From the NCBI RefSeq assembly GCF_009914755.1, contig NC_060926.1: a stretch of 64,000 nt of DNA. One strand, 5' to 3'. Position numbers and translations under genes: made by a program. The notes beneath the pieces were generated by a model. That model ran no database searches. It was not told the DNA's origin and saw only the letters and a program-made list of their open reading frames with translations. Below are positions 45,290 to 62,910 of this stretch, piece after piece. The stretch is from the human T2T-CHM13v2.0 reference genome, Homo sapiens. Each line of letters starts with the position of its first letter. The stretch's first letter is position 1.

Positions 45290-46750
45290 GTTAATTAACA
45301 AATGTTAATGATCACCTACTATATCATAAACACCAGGTCTAGATACTGAACTATAGTAATAAACAAAATTAAACTCTTTTACCTCCTGTAATTTATATCA
45401 TGGTGAAAGAAAATAGATTATCAACAGAAATGGATAGTATATGATATCGGCATGGTGACAAATGCTATGGAGAAAACTGAATCAGGAGAGGAGGACAGAG
45501 AATGCAGGAATGAGGTGAAGAGAATGGCTCAATATAAATATATTTCAATGTTAATATATTTTATTTAAAATATTAATTTAATATATTATGTTGATCAAGG
45601 AAGCTCTTGCTTAGAAAGTAACATTTGAGCAAACACTAGAAGCAGGGAAGGGAGCAAATGATGCTTATGTCTAGAAAATGCAAAAGTCCCAGGTTAGTAA
45701 AGACCTTGATGCATTTAAGGAATAGCAAAAGACAGTGAAGTTTGAGCAGAAAAAGTCAGGAGAAGAACAGTGAGACAAGAGGCCAAAAAGGTGGGGGAGA
45801 GGTATAAAGCCTTGTGACAACTTTTGATTTTTACTCAGTGAAATGGATGGCTTTTGAAAGCTTTATACAGAAGACTGATAGGATCCGGTTTACATGGTGG
45901 TTAAGTGGATAAGAGACTATACTTGAAAAGACCCAAGCAAGGACACCAGTTAGGAGGCTGCTAGAACCATCCAGGGGAATGATGATGTGACTTGGACCAG
46001 AGTGCTGTCATTAGACGTAAGAAAGGGCCAGATTTTGAATATGGTTTGAGGGTAGGGTTGATAGGCCCTATAAATGTTATGAGGGAAAGGTTATTCTGGT
46101 ACGATGAGAGATATAATTTGGGTGGTCATCATCACATAGTTGATATTTAAACAATGGGACTGAATGAGATCATGGAGGGATTGTATGTAACTAGGGAAGA
46201 CTCCAAGGACTGAAACAAGGCTAAGAGACTGGGGAAATGAGAAAAAAACAGCAGAGACTGAGGAGAAGATGCCAGTGGTGCATGGAGAAGACCCAGAGAG
46301 GATGGAGTCTTGGACATCAAGAGAAGGAAATGTTTCCAGGAGGGAAAGAGAATGGATATCTGTGCTAAATGTTGCTGAAAGGACAAGTAAGGTGGGTTGG
46401 AGAATTGTCCATAAGATGTAACAATGTTGGCCTTGACAAGAACAGTTATATGAAGGTGGGGAAGGATTACAAGAGCATGCCGTCGTGAGTTCAAGAGAAA
46501 ATTGGAGATAGTAATTGGGAGTAATGAAAAGTAAAGATCTTGTAAAAAGTTTTGATGTGAAGGGAACAGAGAAGTGGGGTAGTAGCTGGTGGAGGGGAAG
46601 TGCAGTTAAAGGAGTGTTCTTTTATTTGCTCTTTTGTTTTGTTTCTAATATTGAAATATAATACCTGAAGAGAATGATTTCACAAGAGAGAAACTCATGA
46701 GGGAGAAAAAGGAGAAAATTGCTAGAAAGATGTTCTTAAAAGCGAGAATG
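45290..46750 (-). mobile_element. L2 LINE remnant
   Basis: L2 3'-end motif aacaaatgttaatgatcacctactat followed by a purine-rich L2 body. Confidence 0.7.
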
Positions 46751-46960
46751 GATGGATTTTATTTTTAGAAAACTTTTCTGTATTAAAAACGAAGTCATGA
46801 CCATTTTAAAAAATTGAGAAGAAAAACAGTACAATCTAAATTCACTCTTCCCCTTCATTCTCCTACTACAGTCTTTACTTCCCAAGTCAACTCAAAAGTA
46901 ACTCGGTATGTAGTTCTCAAATGCAGGTGCAAATATCCATAGAGACACACAGAGGCACTT

Positions 46961-47284
46961 CTTTATTTTATTATTTTTGAAACGAGGGTCTTCTTACTCT
47001 GTCACCCAGGTTGGAGTGCAATGGCACAATCATAGCTCACCATAACCTCAAACTCCTGGGCTCAAGCAATGCTCCTGCCTGAGCCTGCCAAGTAGCCAGT
47101 ACTACAGGCACGTGCCACAGCACAAGTGCCCACTGCCGCACATGGCTAACTTATTTTTATGTTTTGTAGAGACATAATCTCACTTTGTTGCCAGGCTGAT
47201 GTCAAATTCTTGGCTTCAAGCCATATTCCTGCTTCAGCCTCCCAAAGTTTTGAGATGACAGGCATGAGCCACTGCCTCCAGCCA
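46961..47284 (-). mobile_element. AluJ
   Basis: catagctcac...cctcaaactcctgggctcaagc. Confidence 0.9.
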
Positions 47285-47623
47285 CTTCTAAAATATAGGT
47301 TCATTTTGTACTACGACCTTTGCAATTTTATTTAATATTAATAATGCAACTGTATTTTCACAATAATATGTAGAATTCTTTTTTAAACTTGTATTTAATC
47401 TTTTTCTCTGAAAAAGTTGCTGAATTTCAAATGCTTTATTTTATTTTAATAAACAGAATTAATGTGGTCCTCAAAGATTAATCTCAGGTTCATAGAAAAG
47501 TTGAGAGATACATTAAGAAGTTGGGGTAGTCATTTATAACTGTAATTGCATGATTCTTTTTTTAATAGAAAAAGTTTAATTGTCCCACTCTTTACAGACA
47601 TATATAAACACACATTTTCGTGT

Positions 47624-47716
47624 TTATATATATTAATATATATATTTATATATATTTATATATATATTTATATATATATTTATATATATATTTTTATATA
47701 TATTTATATATATATA
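47624..47716. repeat. (TATATATATT)n low-complexity repeat
   Basis: Read directly from sequence. Confidence 0.9.
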
Positions 47717-47775
47717 CAGATATATAGTTTCAAATCCTATATATAAATAGGATTTGGAGCTTCTCTGAGTATTCT

Positions 47776-48142
47776 TTGTATTATTATTATACTTTAAGTT
47801 CGGGAATCCATGTGCAGAACATGCAGGTTTATTACATAGGTATACACGTGCCATGGTGGTTTGCTGCACCCATCAACCCATCATCTACATTAGGTATTTC
47901 TCCTAATGCTATCCCTCCCCTAGCCCACCACCCCCTGACAGGCCCTAGTGTGATGTTCCCCTCCCTGTGTCCATGTGTTCTCATTGCTCAACTCCCACTT
48001 ATGAAGGAGAACATGTGGTGTTTGGTTTTCTGTTCCTGTGTTAGTTTGCTGAGAATGATGTTTTCCAGCTTGATTCATGTCCCTGCAAAGGACATGAGCT
48101 CATCCTTTTTATGGCTGCATAGTATTCCATGGTGTATATGTG
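47776..48142 (-). mobile_element. L1PA7/8-type 3' fragment
   Basis: tatactttaagttcggga...catgtgcagaacatgcagg, the L1 3'UTR. Confidence 0.9.
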
Positions 48143-48872
48143 ATTCTTCATTGTCATTAGTTTATTTTCATTAAAAATACTTGGACAAATGTCCCCTAAA
48201 AATCAGATTGCACCACTAATGTCTAAACACCAAGCTAAACCTTCCTGGATTCTTTAAATTAAATAATGCAAAAAATATCTATCAAGCAATGACTGTGGTA
48301 GGCATAATTTTGAGAAGTAGAGATGCAGTAATTGCCAGTGTTGATAAAGCCTTTGCCTCATGCAACTTACTTTCATTTTAAAAATAAGAATAAATTTTCA
48401 TATATAAATCTAGATTTAGAAATAATAATAGGGAAAGCTTGATTTGAAAGCCAAATTTCTATTAGTGAAAAAAGACTTTTAAAGGAAATACATCATGGGA
48501 TAATTATTACACTTAATACATTATAAATTAAATAAAAGTTACAAATTACACTTGACTTCATATTATCAGTAGGCCCCCTCATCCTTTTGCAGTTTCTTCA
48601 CTGGTATATGTATGCTATTGTTTTTCTAGAAAACTCTGTTCTATTAATTGCTTCATATCAGATAATGCCTAGCTTGTTTCATCTAGGAGCCATGGCTCTC
48701 TTTAGGAATTTTTTCTTTTCCTTCTTTCCGTTTTTGTTTGTTTATTTGTTTAACAAAACATGATATATAGTTTTCTTAGCAACTGTGCCTCAAAATAATA
48801 ATTCATAATAATGTAATATTCATAATATTTCTAAACTATGCATGTATATTCATAATGTACATGAGTAGCTTA

Positions 48873-48914
48873 GTTTAATGGTGAATGTTGTCTGTTTAAT
48901 GGTGAATGTTGTCT
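48873..48914. repeat. Perfect 21-bp tandem duplication (gtttaatggtgaatgttgtct)x2
   Basis: Read directly from sequence. Confidence 0.9.
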
Positions 48915-49691
48915 TCTTGAGGATATACCCATGGGGGCTTTCTAGACCTGCTGCATGATTATAAAATAGGACCTGAACTTAGATTTAGTTCTACTTTTTC
49001 TGTCTTGGATTTATATTTAATTTTGCTTGGGTTATTTTTCAGGATCCCTGAGGTGGCAAGTTTTCTGAGATCTTATGTGTTCAAAGATGATTTTATTTTG
49101 CTCTGAAACTGAAATGACAGTTTGATAGAGTGTAGAATGCTGGCTTTAAAATAATTTTCCCTCATGTTGCAGGTCAGAAGTCTTATGCCAATCAGGCACT
49201 CATTGTACCAGTCGGGATCAAAAGCAGAACCAGTATGGGATATGAGTTTATTACAGAGACTTGGCTTACACAGTTGCTGGAACTGGTCAATCAGTCTTTG
49301 TAAGGCTGTCATCTCTGCATTTGATGGTGAAACTTGGAGTCTACAGGACAGGCAGTCAGGAAGAGAATGTCACAAGTAGGCTGGAACTCACAGCACTACT
49401 TGGAACCCAGGAGGATGAATTGAAACTCATGTCCATTCATGCTATCTTTAACCTTGCTTAGAAGGGTATCTTGAATAAGCTGGGGCTTCTTTCAGAGTTA
49501 AACATAACTTGGAGTCCCAGAAGCTAAAGGAGGGAAAGGTAGAAAAATTGTAGGCTTAGCTGCTGCTTCATGCCCAGGAGGCAAGTCAGTACATCAGCAA
49601 CAATGCAGATGAACTACCAAAGTCCTACTACCTTCCTTACCCCTTTTAAATCTCTTAGACTCTCCCTTGTGACCCTCTCTAAGCTGAAATA

Positions 49692-50286
49692 CAGTCATGT
49701 GTCACTTAATGACAGGGATACTTCCTGGGAAATGTGTCTTTAGGTGATTCTGCTGTTGTGTGAACATCATAGAGTGTACTTACATGACACACATCTAGAT
49801 AGGATAGCCTACTATACACCTAAGGCTATATGGTATGACCTATTGCTCCTAGGCTACAAACCTGTACTGCATGTTACTGTACTGAATACTGTAGGCAATG
49901 ATAACACAATGGTAAGTATCTGCTTAGCTAAACATAGAAAAGGTACAATAAAATATAGTACAAAAGATAAAATGTGTACACCTGTGTGCGGCACTTACCA
50001 TGAATGGAATTTGCAGGACTGGAAGTTGCTCTGGGTGAATCAGTGAATGAGTGGTAGTGAACGTGAAGCCCCAGGACATTACTAGACACTTTTATATGAC
50101 TGGAGAGCTCAGTAGGTTTGTTTACACAACATCACCACAAACACAGTGCATAATACATTGTGCTGTGATGTTAGGACGTTGCTAGGTGATAGGAATTTTT
50201 CTGCTCCGTTATAATGTTATGGGACCACCATTGTCTTTGTGGCCAGTCATTAATGGACCAAAAAGTCATTACGTGGCACATGACTA
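49692..50286. mobile_element. Tigger3 (Golem) non-autonomous derivative, ~595 bp
   Basis: Terminal inverted repeats cagtcatgtgtcacttaatgac / gtcattacgtggcacatgacta with TA flanks; core ttgctcctaggctacaaacctgtac. Confidence 0.85.
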
Positions 50287-52519
50287 TATACAAGTAATGG
50301 AATTCTAGGAACTGTAATTTAAACTAGCCAGGTTGACACATTATAAAACCATCACACTTAAGTATTTTTAGGTAGCCTGTTTTTGTGCCTTTTTCATTCC
50401 TTTTTCTTCAAACTTTAAAGATTCTTTTTACCCTGAATTTATAAAATTTTAGAAGGATTTGTCAATGTGTTTATCATCACCATCATCATTATTCTCATCG
50501 TCATTTATTGTGATAAGATATTTTGTTCTTATTTTTTGCTCTATACCTAATGGGCATAATTTAAAAACTTACATGTATCTTCTAGTGAAAAAGAATTATA
50601 TTTTATTATTTTCATGCTGTCCTGTCTTTTTTCTGTGATATCTTTAGACTGATACATGTTTTCTATATTTACCCTTTTATATCTTGAGTTTTCTGTTTTT
50701 GTTTATCTCTTTATTTTGCCCTTTTAAAAGTGTTTTCATTTTTTGCCCAGGTATGATTTTTAGCCATGTCTATTCTATTTTGTAGCATGTTTTTAAAATT
50801 CTATAATTTCTTTCTTATTTTCTGATTGTTCCTTTTACAAAAAATATGAGGATACTCATAGATAAATAGAACATAACAATATTTCAGGCAAGAACCTGTT
50901 AAAAAAAATGCTCTTTGAGAACAGAAGTACTTTAAATTCTCTTCTGTAATCTGCATTGTCTTTGTTCATCTTGACCTTTGTCTAATAAGCTGTTGGCTTT
51001 CCACATTTATCTAGGGATTTGGGGTTCATTTATATTTGCAGCTGAAAAACTAGTTCGAAACATGAGCTTCTGCAGCAGCTTTATAAAATAGGTGTAACAC
51101 CTGAAATGGAAGAATTATTTTGGGGTCAGCAGCTCTTTCAGTTCTAACAACATACACAGACCCTATTAGGTCTATTAGATGAGAAGTTCAAGTTGACTTT
51201 AGGCCTTATTCTAACACTTCTGATATTGGTGCTACTAGTAGAACTGTGAGAGGCTCCTTTCCATCCCTCCCACCACAGACCCCCATCAGTCAGGGTAACT
51301 CGCAGCCCGCCCAGAATGAGAGGGGACATTCTGTGGTGACACATGGGAAAAGAACAAAAGAGACACCAAACTCTCTAGGAACATGTCTCGACAACCCAGG
51401 AATAAAAGGAGGCTGTGAATCAATACGAATTTCCACTTCATCCCTAATCCAAAGGTGAAATCCATTTACCTTCTGAAGACACACACATTAGAAAAGCTAT
51501 AGACTGCTTTGGATAAATTGCAGCTTTGTTTATTGAATGTAGAAATGGGAATGTCAAATGCCAAATGTTAAATGTGTCCCTAAAAAAGCTTTCAGGCTTC
51601 CATTCCTGAGAAACCAAACATATTTTTATGAAAGATGAAAAACAATGCTCATGCACTACTGATAATAATTGTCTATTCTTTGTGCAATTTGGACACAGGC
51701 ATAAATTGGATTTATGTTGCACAAGCATAAATTACGTTCTTCTTAGAGTAGATTAGCATGTATTTCAGGATTTATCTTACTTGACTTTAATGCTTTTGTT
51801 AGTCAGGCAACTCCGGAAGCTGACCAGGAGCGGTGACCCTCTCTGGAGACTGTCTCTTATAATACAAGGAGTCTTATAGGTTCCTCACAGGAGCCACTAC
51901 TACCTGACAGGAAGTAAGAATGCCTCTGAGAGGGAGGCAGGGGTGCAAATAGGGCAACCATTTTCTACCATGCGAGTCCTTTATCAATCTATCCCGATGC
52001 TCTTATCTCATTACATCTGTGTGTGATACACTATGGAAGAGAGAATGGAGGCTTCCCCACGATTATTTCCTCCAGGTGTTAAAGTAACCCCTTCTTGATG
52101 CTCCTGCCCACCCCTAGAACATTGTATGCATGTGCACTCACACTCATAAACTCATACTTCAGTCCTAGCGATGATGGAGATGGCTCTGCCCTATTTGAGG
52201 TCCAAGCAGAAAAGATCACCAGGAATAAGGGAGCAGGCCTGTTCAGTGTGTGATGATTTTACCGGCTGTGAGCTTCCTGATCAGGTTCCAGACCAGCTTA
52301 TTGTCTGATTAGTCTTGTATCATCTATTAGGAGAAGATCTGGTTGAAGCATTTCTATGCTTTGAAGTCGTGTGGGGGCTTTATAAGTGACGGAGTACCAT
52401 GATATGTAACATATCACATGTAAGAAGGTTTATTTTAGACTTCATTCAGAGTCGTTACCCATTGTAGATATATCATATTCCTAAATTGTTCATTAGCACA
52501 CATTAACTCATACTTGTCA

Positions 52520-53448
52520 AGTTATAGGTATTGAACAAGCAACAATTTTTTGTTTTATGTGTTTATATAATTTTTTTCTGTTTTCAAAATACAATTTGCT
52601 TTATGATTATAAGAATATTATATGTTTTTGAAAAAAATCCCATTGTTTCATAGAATTCGTTGAGAAAAAGGTATAATAAAAATTACCTGAAATCTCACCA
52701 ACCTAAAGAAACCACTATTTATTTTGATATTTTAATGTACAACCTTCCAAACATTTATCTATATGTATATGTACTGACACACAACTGTTTTTTTCCTTGC
52801 TAACACTTTGCAGACATATCTTAAAGTCCTTATTTATTGGTACAAAGCTACTGATCATATGAATGCTTCATTTTGTTGTAACCAGTTTATTGCTGAATGA
52901 TATGACATTGTTTTTGTATTAGAAACAGCTCTGAACTACAACTTTGTCCATTTTTAACTTTAGGACCTACTTCTATAAGTGGAATTTGTGAGTCAAAGAG
53001 CAGGAATCTATAAAGTTTTTCGTAAATATTTCCAAACGGGCTTCTAGAAACATCATATCATTTTATTTTTCAACAATAGCATAGGACAGTGCCTCATTCT
53101 TCATTCCTTTAGCTAATGCCAGATCTACTCAATATTTTAATAGTTGTCAATCAAAATGGAAAGGAAAACTCATTTTTGTACTTGAATTTCTTTGATTGCT
53201 ATTAATATTACTTAGTCATTTATATTCCTTTTCAGACATTACTTCTCAGAGTTTTTTTTCACTATTTTTATACTGGCTGTTTGCTTTTTTGTCTTTCCCT
53301 GTAGTGTAAAAGACATAGTTGGCATACTGTGGATAATAAGCCTTTTTGTCACATATTTTGCAAATATGCTCCCAGTTTGATATTTATTTTTAAACTTCCT
53401 TATGAACTTATTTGTTTTTTAAAAATTATTGGACAAAGTTCAGAGTTT
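52520..53448 (-). mobile_element. Ancient L1ME-like remnant (appears to resume at ~59520-60000 after the young L1)
   Basis: Degenerate L1M 3' motifs such as ataagtggaatttgtgagtcaaag and ttgaatttctttgattgcta. Confidence 0.55.
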
Positions 53449-53686
53449 TATATATATATAATTTTATTTATTTTTTATTATTATTATACTTTAAGTTTTA
53501 GGGTACATGTGCACAATGTGCAGGTTAGTTACATATGTATACATGTGTCATGCTGGTGCGCTGCACCCACTACCTCGTCATCTAGCATTAGGTATATCTC
53601 CCAATGCTATCCCTACCCCTACCCCCACCCCACAACAGTCCCCAGAGTGTGATGTTCCCCTTCCTGTGTCCATGTGTACTCATTGT

Positions 53687-57536
<3,850 letters not shown>

Positions 57537-57575
57537 TCATTAGTTGATGCAGTTTCTTCCTAGTCTCGATGTTCT

Positions 57576-58592
57576 TTACATTTTGGCATGATTTTGCAGT
57601 GGCTGGTACTGGTTGTTCCTTTCCATGTTTAGCGCTTCCTTCAGGAGCTCTTTTAGAGCCGGCCTGGTGGTGACAAAATCTCTCAGCATTTGCTTGTCTG
57701 TAAAGGATTTTATTTCCCCTTCACTTATGAAGCTTAGTTTGGCTGTATATGAAATTCTGGGTTGAAAATTCTTTTCTTTAAGAATGTTGAATATTGGCCC
57801 CCGCTCTCTTCTGTCTTGTAGAGTTTCTGCCGAGAGATCTGCTGTTAGTCTGATGGGCTTCCCTTTGAGCGTAACCCGACCTTTCTCTCTGGCTGCCCTT
57901 AACATTTTTTGCTTCATTTCAACTTTGGTGAATCTGACAATTATGTGTCTTGGTGTTGCTCTTCTCGAGGAGTATCTTTGTGGCGTTCTCTGTATTTCCT
58001 GAATCTGAATGTTGGCCTGCTTTGCTAGATTGGGGAAGTTCTCCTGGATAATATCCTGCAGAGTGTTTTCCAACTTGGTTCCATTCTCCCCATCACTTTC
58101 AGGTACACCAATCAGATGTAGATTTGGTCTTTTCATATAGTCCCATATTTCTTGGAGGCTTTGCTCATTTCTTTTTATTCTTTTTTCTCTAAACTTCCCT
58201 TCTCGCTTCATTTCATTCATTTCATCTTCCATCACTGATACCCTGTCTTCCAGTTGATCACATCGGCTCCTGAGGCTTCTGCATTCTTCACGTAGTTCTT
58301 GAGCCTTGGTTTTCAGCTCCGTCAGCTCCTTTAAGCACTTCTCTGTATTGGTTATTCTAGTTATACATTCTTCTAAATTTTTTTCACAGTTTTCAACTTC
58401 TTTGCCTTTGGTTTGAATGTCCTCCCATAGCTCGGAGTAATTTGATTGTCTGAAGCCTTCTTCTCTCACCTCGTCAAAGTCATTCTCCATCCAGCTTTGT
58501 TCCATTGCTGGTGAGGAACTGCATTCCTTTGGAGGAGGAGAGGTGCTCTGCTTTTTAGAGTTTCCAGTTTTTCTGCTCTGTTTTTTCCCCAT
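57576..58592 (-). CDS. L1 ORF1p, intact 338 aa
   Basis: MGKKQSRK...HAKM* is uninterrupted; REKG retained; ARR motif altered to DRR and YPAKLS to YTAKLS. Confidence 0.9.
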   Translation of the reverse strand: MGKKQSRKTGNSKKQSTSPPPKECSSSPAMEQSWMENDFDEVREEGFRQSNYSELWEDIQTKGKEVENCEKNLEECITRITNTEKCLKELTELKTKAQELREECRSLRSRCDQLEDRVSVMEDEMNEMKREGKFREKRIKRNEQSLQEIWDYMKRPNLHLIGVPESDGENGTKLENTLQDIIQENFPNLAKQANIQIQEIQRTPQRYSSRRATPRHIIVRFTKVEMKQKMLRAAREKGRVTLKGKPIRLTADLSAETLQDRRERGPIFNILKEKNFQPRISYTAKLSFISEGEIKSFTDKQMLRDFVTTRPALKELLKEALNMERNNQYQPLQNHAKM

Positions 58593-59499
58593 CTTTGTGG
58601 TTTTATCTACTTTTGGTCTTTGATGATAGTGATGTACAGATGAGTTTTTGGTGTGGATGTCCTTTCTGTTTGTTAGTTTTCCTTTTAACAGACAGGACCC
58701 TCAGCTGCAGGTCTGTTGGAGTACTCGGCCTTGTGAGGTGTCAGTCTGCCCCTGCTGGGGGTTGCCTCCCAGTTAGGCTGCTCGGGGGTCAGGGGTCAGG
58801 GACCCACTTGAGGTGGCAGTCTGCCCGTTCTCAGATCTCCAGCTGCGTGCTGGGAGAACCACTGCTCTCTTCAACGCTGTCAGACAGGGACATTTAAGTC
58901 TGCAGAGGTTACTGTTGTCTTTTTGTTTGTCTGTGCCCTGCCCCCAGAGGTGGAGCCTACAGAGGCAGGCAGGCCTCCTTGAGCTGTGTTGGGCTCCACC
59001 CAGTTCGAGCTTCCCAGCTGCTTTGTTTACCTAAGCAAGCCTGGGCAATGGCGGGCGCCCCTCCCCCAGCCTCGCTGCCGCCTTGCAGTTTGATCTCAGG
59101 CTGCTGTGCTAGCAATCAGCGAGACTCCGTGGGCGTAGGACCCTCCAAGCCAGGTGCGGGATATAATCTCCTGGTGCGCTGTTTTTTAAGCCCATCAGAA
59201 AAGCGCAGTATTCGGGTGGGAGTGACCCGATTTTCCAGGTGCCATCTGTCACCCCTTTCTTTGACTCGGAAAGGGAACTCCCTGACCCCTTGAGCTTCCC
59301 AAGTGAGGCAATGCCTCGCCCTGCTTCGGCTCATGCACAGTGCGCGCACCCACTGACCTGCGCCCACTGTCTGGCACTCCCTAGTGAGATGAACCCGGTA
59401 CCTCAGATGGAAATGGAGAAATCACCCGTCTTCTGCGTCGCTCATGCTGGGAGCTGTAGACCGGAGCTGTTCCTATTCAGCCATCTTGGCTCCTCCCCC
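58593..59499. promoter_or_regulatory. L1 5'UTR with sense promoter (- strand) and antisense promoter (+ strand)
   Basis: CpG-rich 5'UTR with the YY1 core AAGATGGC at the 5' end. Promoter activity is established for this family but not demonstrated for this copy. Confidence 0.75.
59048..59293 (+). CDS. L1 ORF0 (antisense ORF), open for 81 aa
   Basis: gcaATGG Kozak context; MAGAPPPASLPPCSLIS...RVGVTRFSRC; donors CAG|GTGCGG (after 59153) and CAG|GTGCCA (after 59238). Confidence 0.75.
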   Translation: MAGAPPPASLPPCSLISGCCASNQRDSVGVGPSKPGAGYNLLVRCFLSPSEKRSIRVGVTRFSRCHLSPLSLTRKGNSLTP

Positions 59500-60458
59500 A
59501 CTATATGTATATATAATTTTAAAACGTTTTTCAGTAGCGTCTGTATCAACTTTTTTTTTTCGTTTCTATATTTGGTATTATTATAGAAAAGCCCCTCTAT
59601 CTCTAGATTATAAAAATAACTAACTTGATTTTCTTGTTCTGTTACCTTTTTAAATTTAATTACTGTGTTTAGATGGAATATATTTAGGAGGGGAATTGCA
59701 GTAGAGATAGAGTGTTTTGTTTCTCAGATAGCTAGCCAGTTATCCCTAGTTACCCCATGAGTTCAAAAGCTGCCTGTTGTAATTTCTCATGTTAGAATCT
59801 CTGCCTGTGCCATTTTACTGATTCATGTCTTCACACATTAGTAATTCCACTGCTTTAATATTGTTAGTTTGATGATGTTTTAACACCTAGTATGTTATTT
59901 TTTTCATTGTACAGTTATTTTCAAAATTTTAGATATCTTCTCTTCCCTGTGAATTTGTGAATTCTTTTAAAATTTTTATTTTAACTTTTAAATTCTTGGT
60001 ATTATGTGTGTTAGTCTTTGATATCATCACAGAATTATTACTTGGGTAATACAATTACTTCAGCAGGATAGATCTGGTGGAAATATGTTGACAATTATAG
60101 CGAAGTGGTATATATTTTCACAGATCTGTTAGAAGTTATGGCCTTTGCCTAAGCCTGCATGTGTGGGCGAAAAAAATACCACAACCGATACCTTCAAAAT
60201 GAATCTGTAAAACTAGGAAGTTGTAGAACTTGGTGAAGGTTAAATGACTGTTCTTAACGGAATGCCACAGTCCTCATTTTGTGCTAAAAATAACCTCTGA
60301 AGCTTAACCAAAAAGTTACTAAGAATTTACTCCAGGTTTCCCTGATGAGTTCCCCTCCCTCATTTTTGTACATATTTCCCAAAGATTTTGGAAAAAAGTG
60401 ATAGGTTCATACAAGTGAATCATCTAAATAAGAACTAACTGCTGTTAAGAAAAGGTGA

Positions 60459-60747
60459 GGCTGGGCATGGTGGCTCACGCCTGTAATCCCAGCACTTTGG
60501 GAGGTCGAGGTGGGAGGATCACGAGGTCAAGAGATCGAGACCACAGTGAAACCCTGTCTCTATAAAAATACAAAAAGCCAGGCGCGGTGGTGGGTGCCTG
60601 TAGTCCCAGCTACTCAGGAAGCTGAGGCAGGAGAATGGCGTGAACCCTGGAGGCGGAGCTTGCAGTGAGCCGAGATGGTGCCACTGCACTCCAGCCTGGG
60701 CGACAGAGCGAGACTCTGTCTCAAAAAAAGAAAAAAAAAGAAAAAAA
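60459..60747 (+). mobile_element. AluY with a 12-bp left-arm deletion (AluYd/Yc lineage)
   Basis: gagaccacagtgaaaccc lacks tcctggctaaca; Y-type gaatggcgtgaaccc; TSD aagaaaagg(t/c)ga at 60447-60458 and 60748-60759. Confidence 0.88.
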
Positions 60748-61550
60748 AAGAAAAGGCGACCAGGTTCTTATGATATGGTAATTTTGATGGGGAGAGGATG
60801 GGGAGGAGAGAGTGAGCCAGTAGAAGTGGGATTTATAATCATTGACTGTTGTTAACATTGCATAAATGTATTACTCCCAGCAGATAATTAAGGTTTTTAC
60901 TCCTCTGAGTTGGTAGGTTCTGACATAATCTGTATTTCAAGAGTAAAAGTAAAACCATAGGGGAAAAAGTGTAGAATTTAGAGTATAAATAGAAGTCTTT
61001 TGTAAACATAATTCTTATTCACAGCATTAAACTGATCCATGAAATATAGTTGACAGTTTTTTCCTGGTGATGGAGACAAATTTTTTGTATATCTTGATTT
61101 TTTTTCCTGTTCTTTTATCTTTGTTCAGGTATTATTTTCATCAGTGAAATGAGACTATCCTACATACTAATTATCTGATCTATTTTTATTTTCCCAAGAA
61201 TTCTATGGGCAGTCAAGTCCTTTATGATACAAACATCAAGTATTATTTATTAATGCTACATGCTCAAATAGTGTTTGTTGATATTGTATAATGAGCCTAT
61301 TTCTCGTAAACCTCTTTATAATGATATGGCGTGTCTACACGTTCTGCAATTACCTAACATGCAGAGGCACCTTTTGAAATATGGTAACTGGACTATCTAT
61401 TTTTAGAGGATCAAGTGATGTCAAGCAAAACAAACAAATCATAAGTACTCTAGAGCATTCTAATCAAATTATCTTATAGTATATCCATAAATATCTCCAG
61501 AGGAAAAAATTTCTCAGATAGTTTCAACATAAACCAGTTTTACTAACTCA

Positions 61551-61912
<362 letters not shown>

Positions 61913-62009
61913 AGGATCCATGCTGGTTTAGTTGCAGCTATTCCTGTTTGAGTTCTAAATTACTCCATATTAGTTACATCATACATCTGTTACAGTTACA
62001 TCTGTAAAC

Positions 62010-62570
62010 CCACTCTATTAGGCAAGATTTTTTGCATTATATTAACAGAAAATCTAACTCAAATTAGGCTAGTTACAAAAAGAGGGACCTACTTTCGCAC
62101 ATAATTGAAAAATACAAGGTTTTGATTTTGCTTCAAGCATGATTAAATCTGGAGACTCAAATGATATCATCAGGGCTTGGGTTTTCTTCCTGACTCTAGT
62201 TCTCTATGTTCTGGCTTTATTCTCTAGCCATCTCTGTGCATAAAGAAGTACCTCCTAGTCCAGGTTTAACAACCACAGGATGATGGGAACTTTCCCTGTC
62301 CAATGTTGCAGAAAAAGCCCAGGAATTGAGACTTAATGTCTTTATTTGAAGTCATATCTGTGAACCAATCACCATTACTCTCATTGGTCAAGCCTAAGTC
62401 TAGTACTCACCCAGGAGGTACAATATAGGGCCAATCTTATCCCAGATACATCTACTGAAAGTAAAAACAGAGGTAATACCCTCACTCCCCCGCCCCCATC
62501 CAAAAAAAGCAGGGCACTGAAACAGAGGACAAAGGAGTACAAACTCGGCAACAATAATATTGGAAAACCA
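62010..62570. mobile_element. Old MLT1 LTR remnant
   Basis: aacagaaaatctaactcaaat...gcttcaagcatg...tgaaccaatcac motifs. Confidence 0.55.
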
Positions 62571-62752
62571 TGATCCAACATTATTGAAATTTCTCTACTC
62601 CTTCCTAGCACAGAAACAGCATAGGATTCAGAACCTAATTGTCTGTGTTTAACTTTTGTCTCTATACTTAAGAGCTTTGTAACCTTGGTTTTAACCTTTT
62701 AAAACCCTTTGTCCTTCAGCTTTTCCAACTCTAAAATAGGAATGCTTATCTT

Positions 62753-62910
<158 letters not shown>

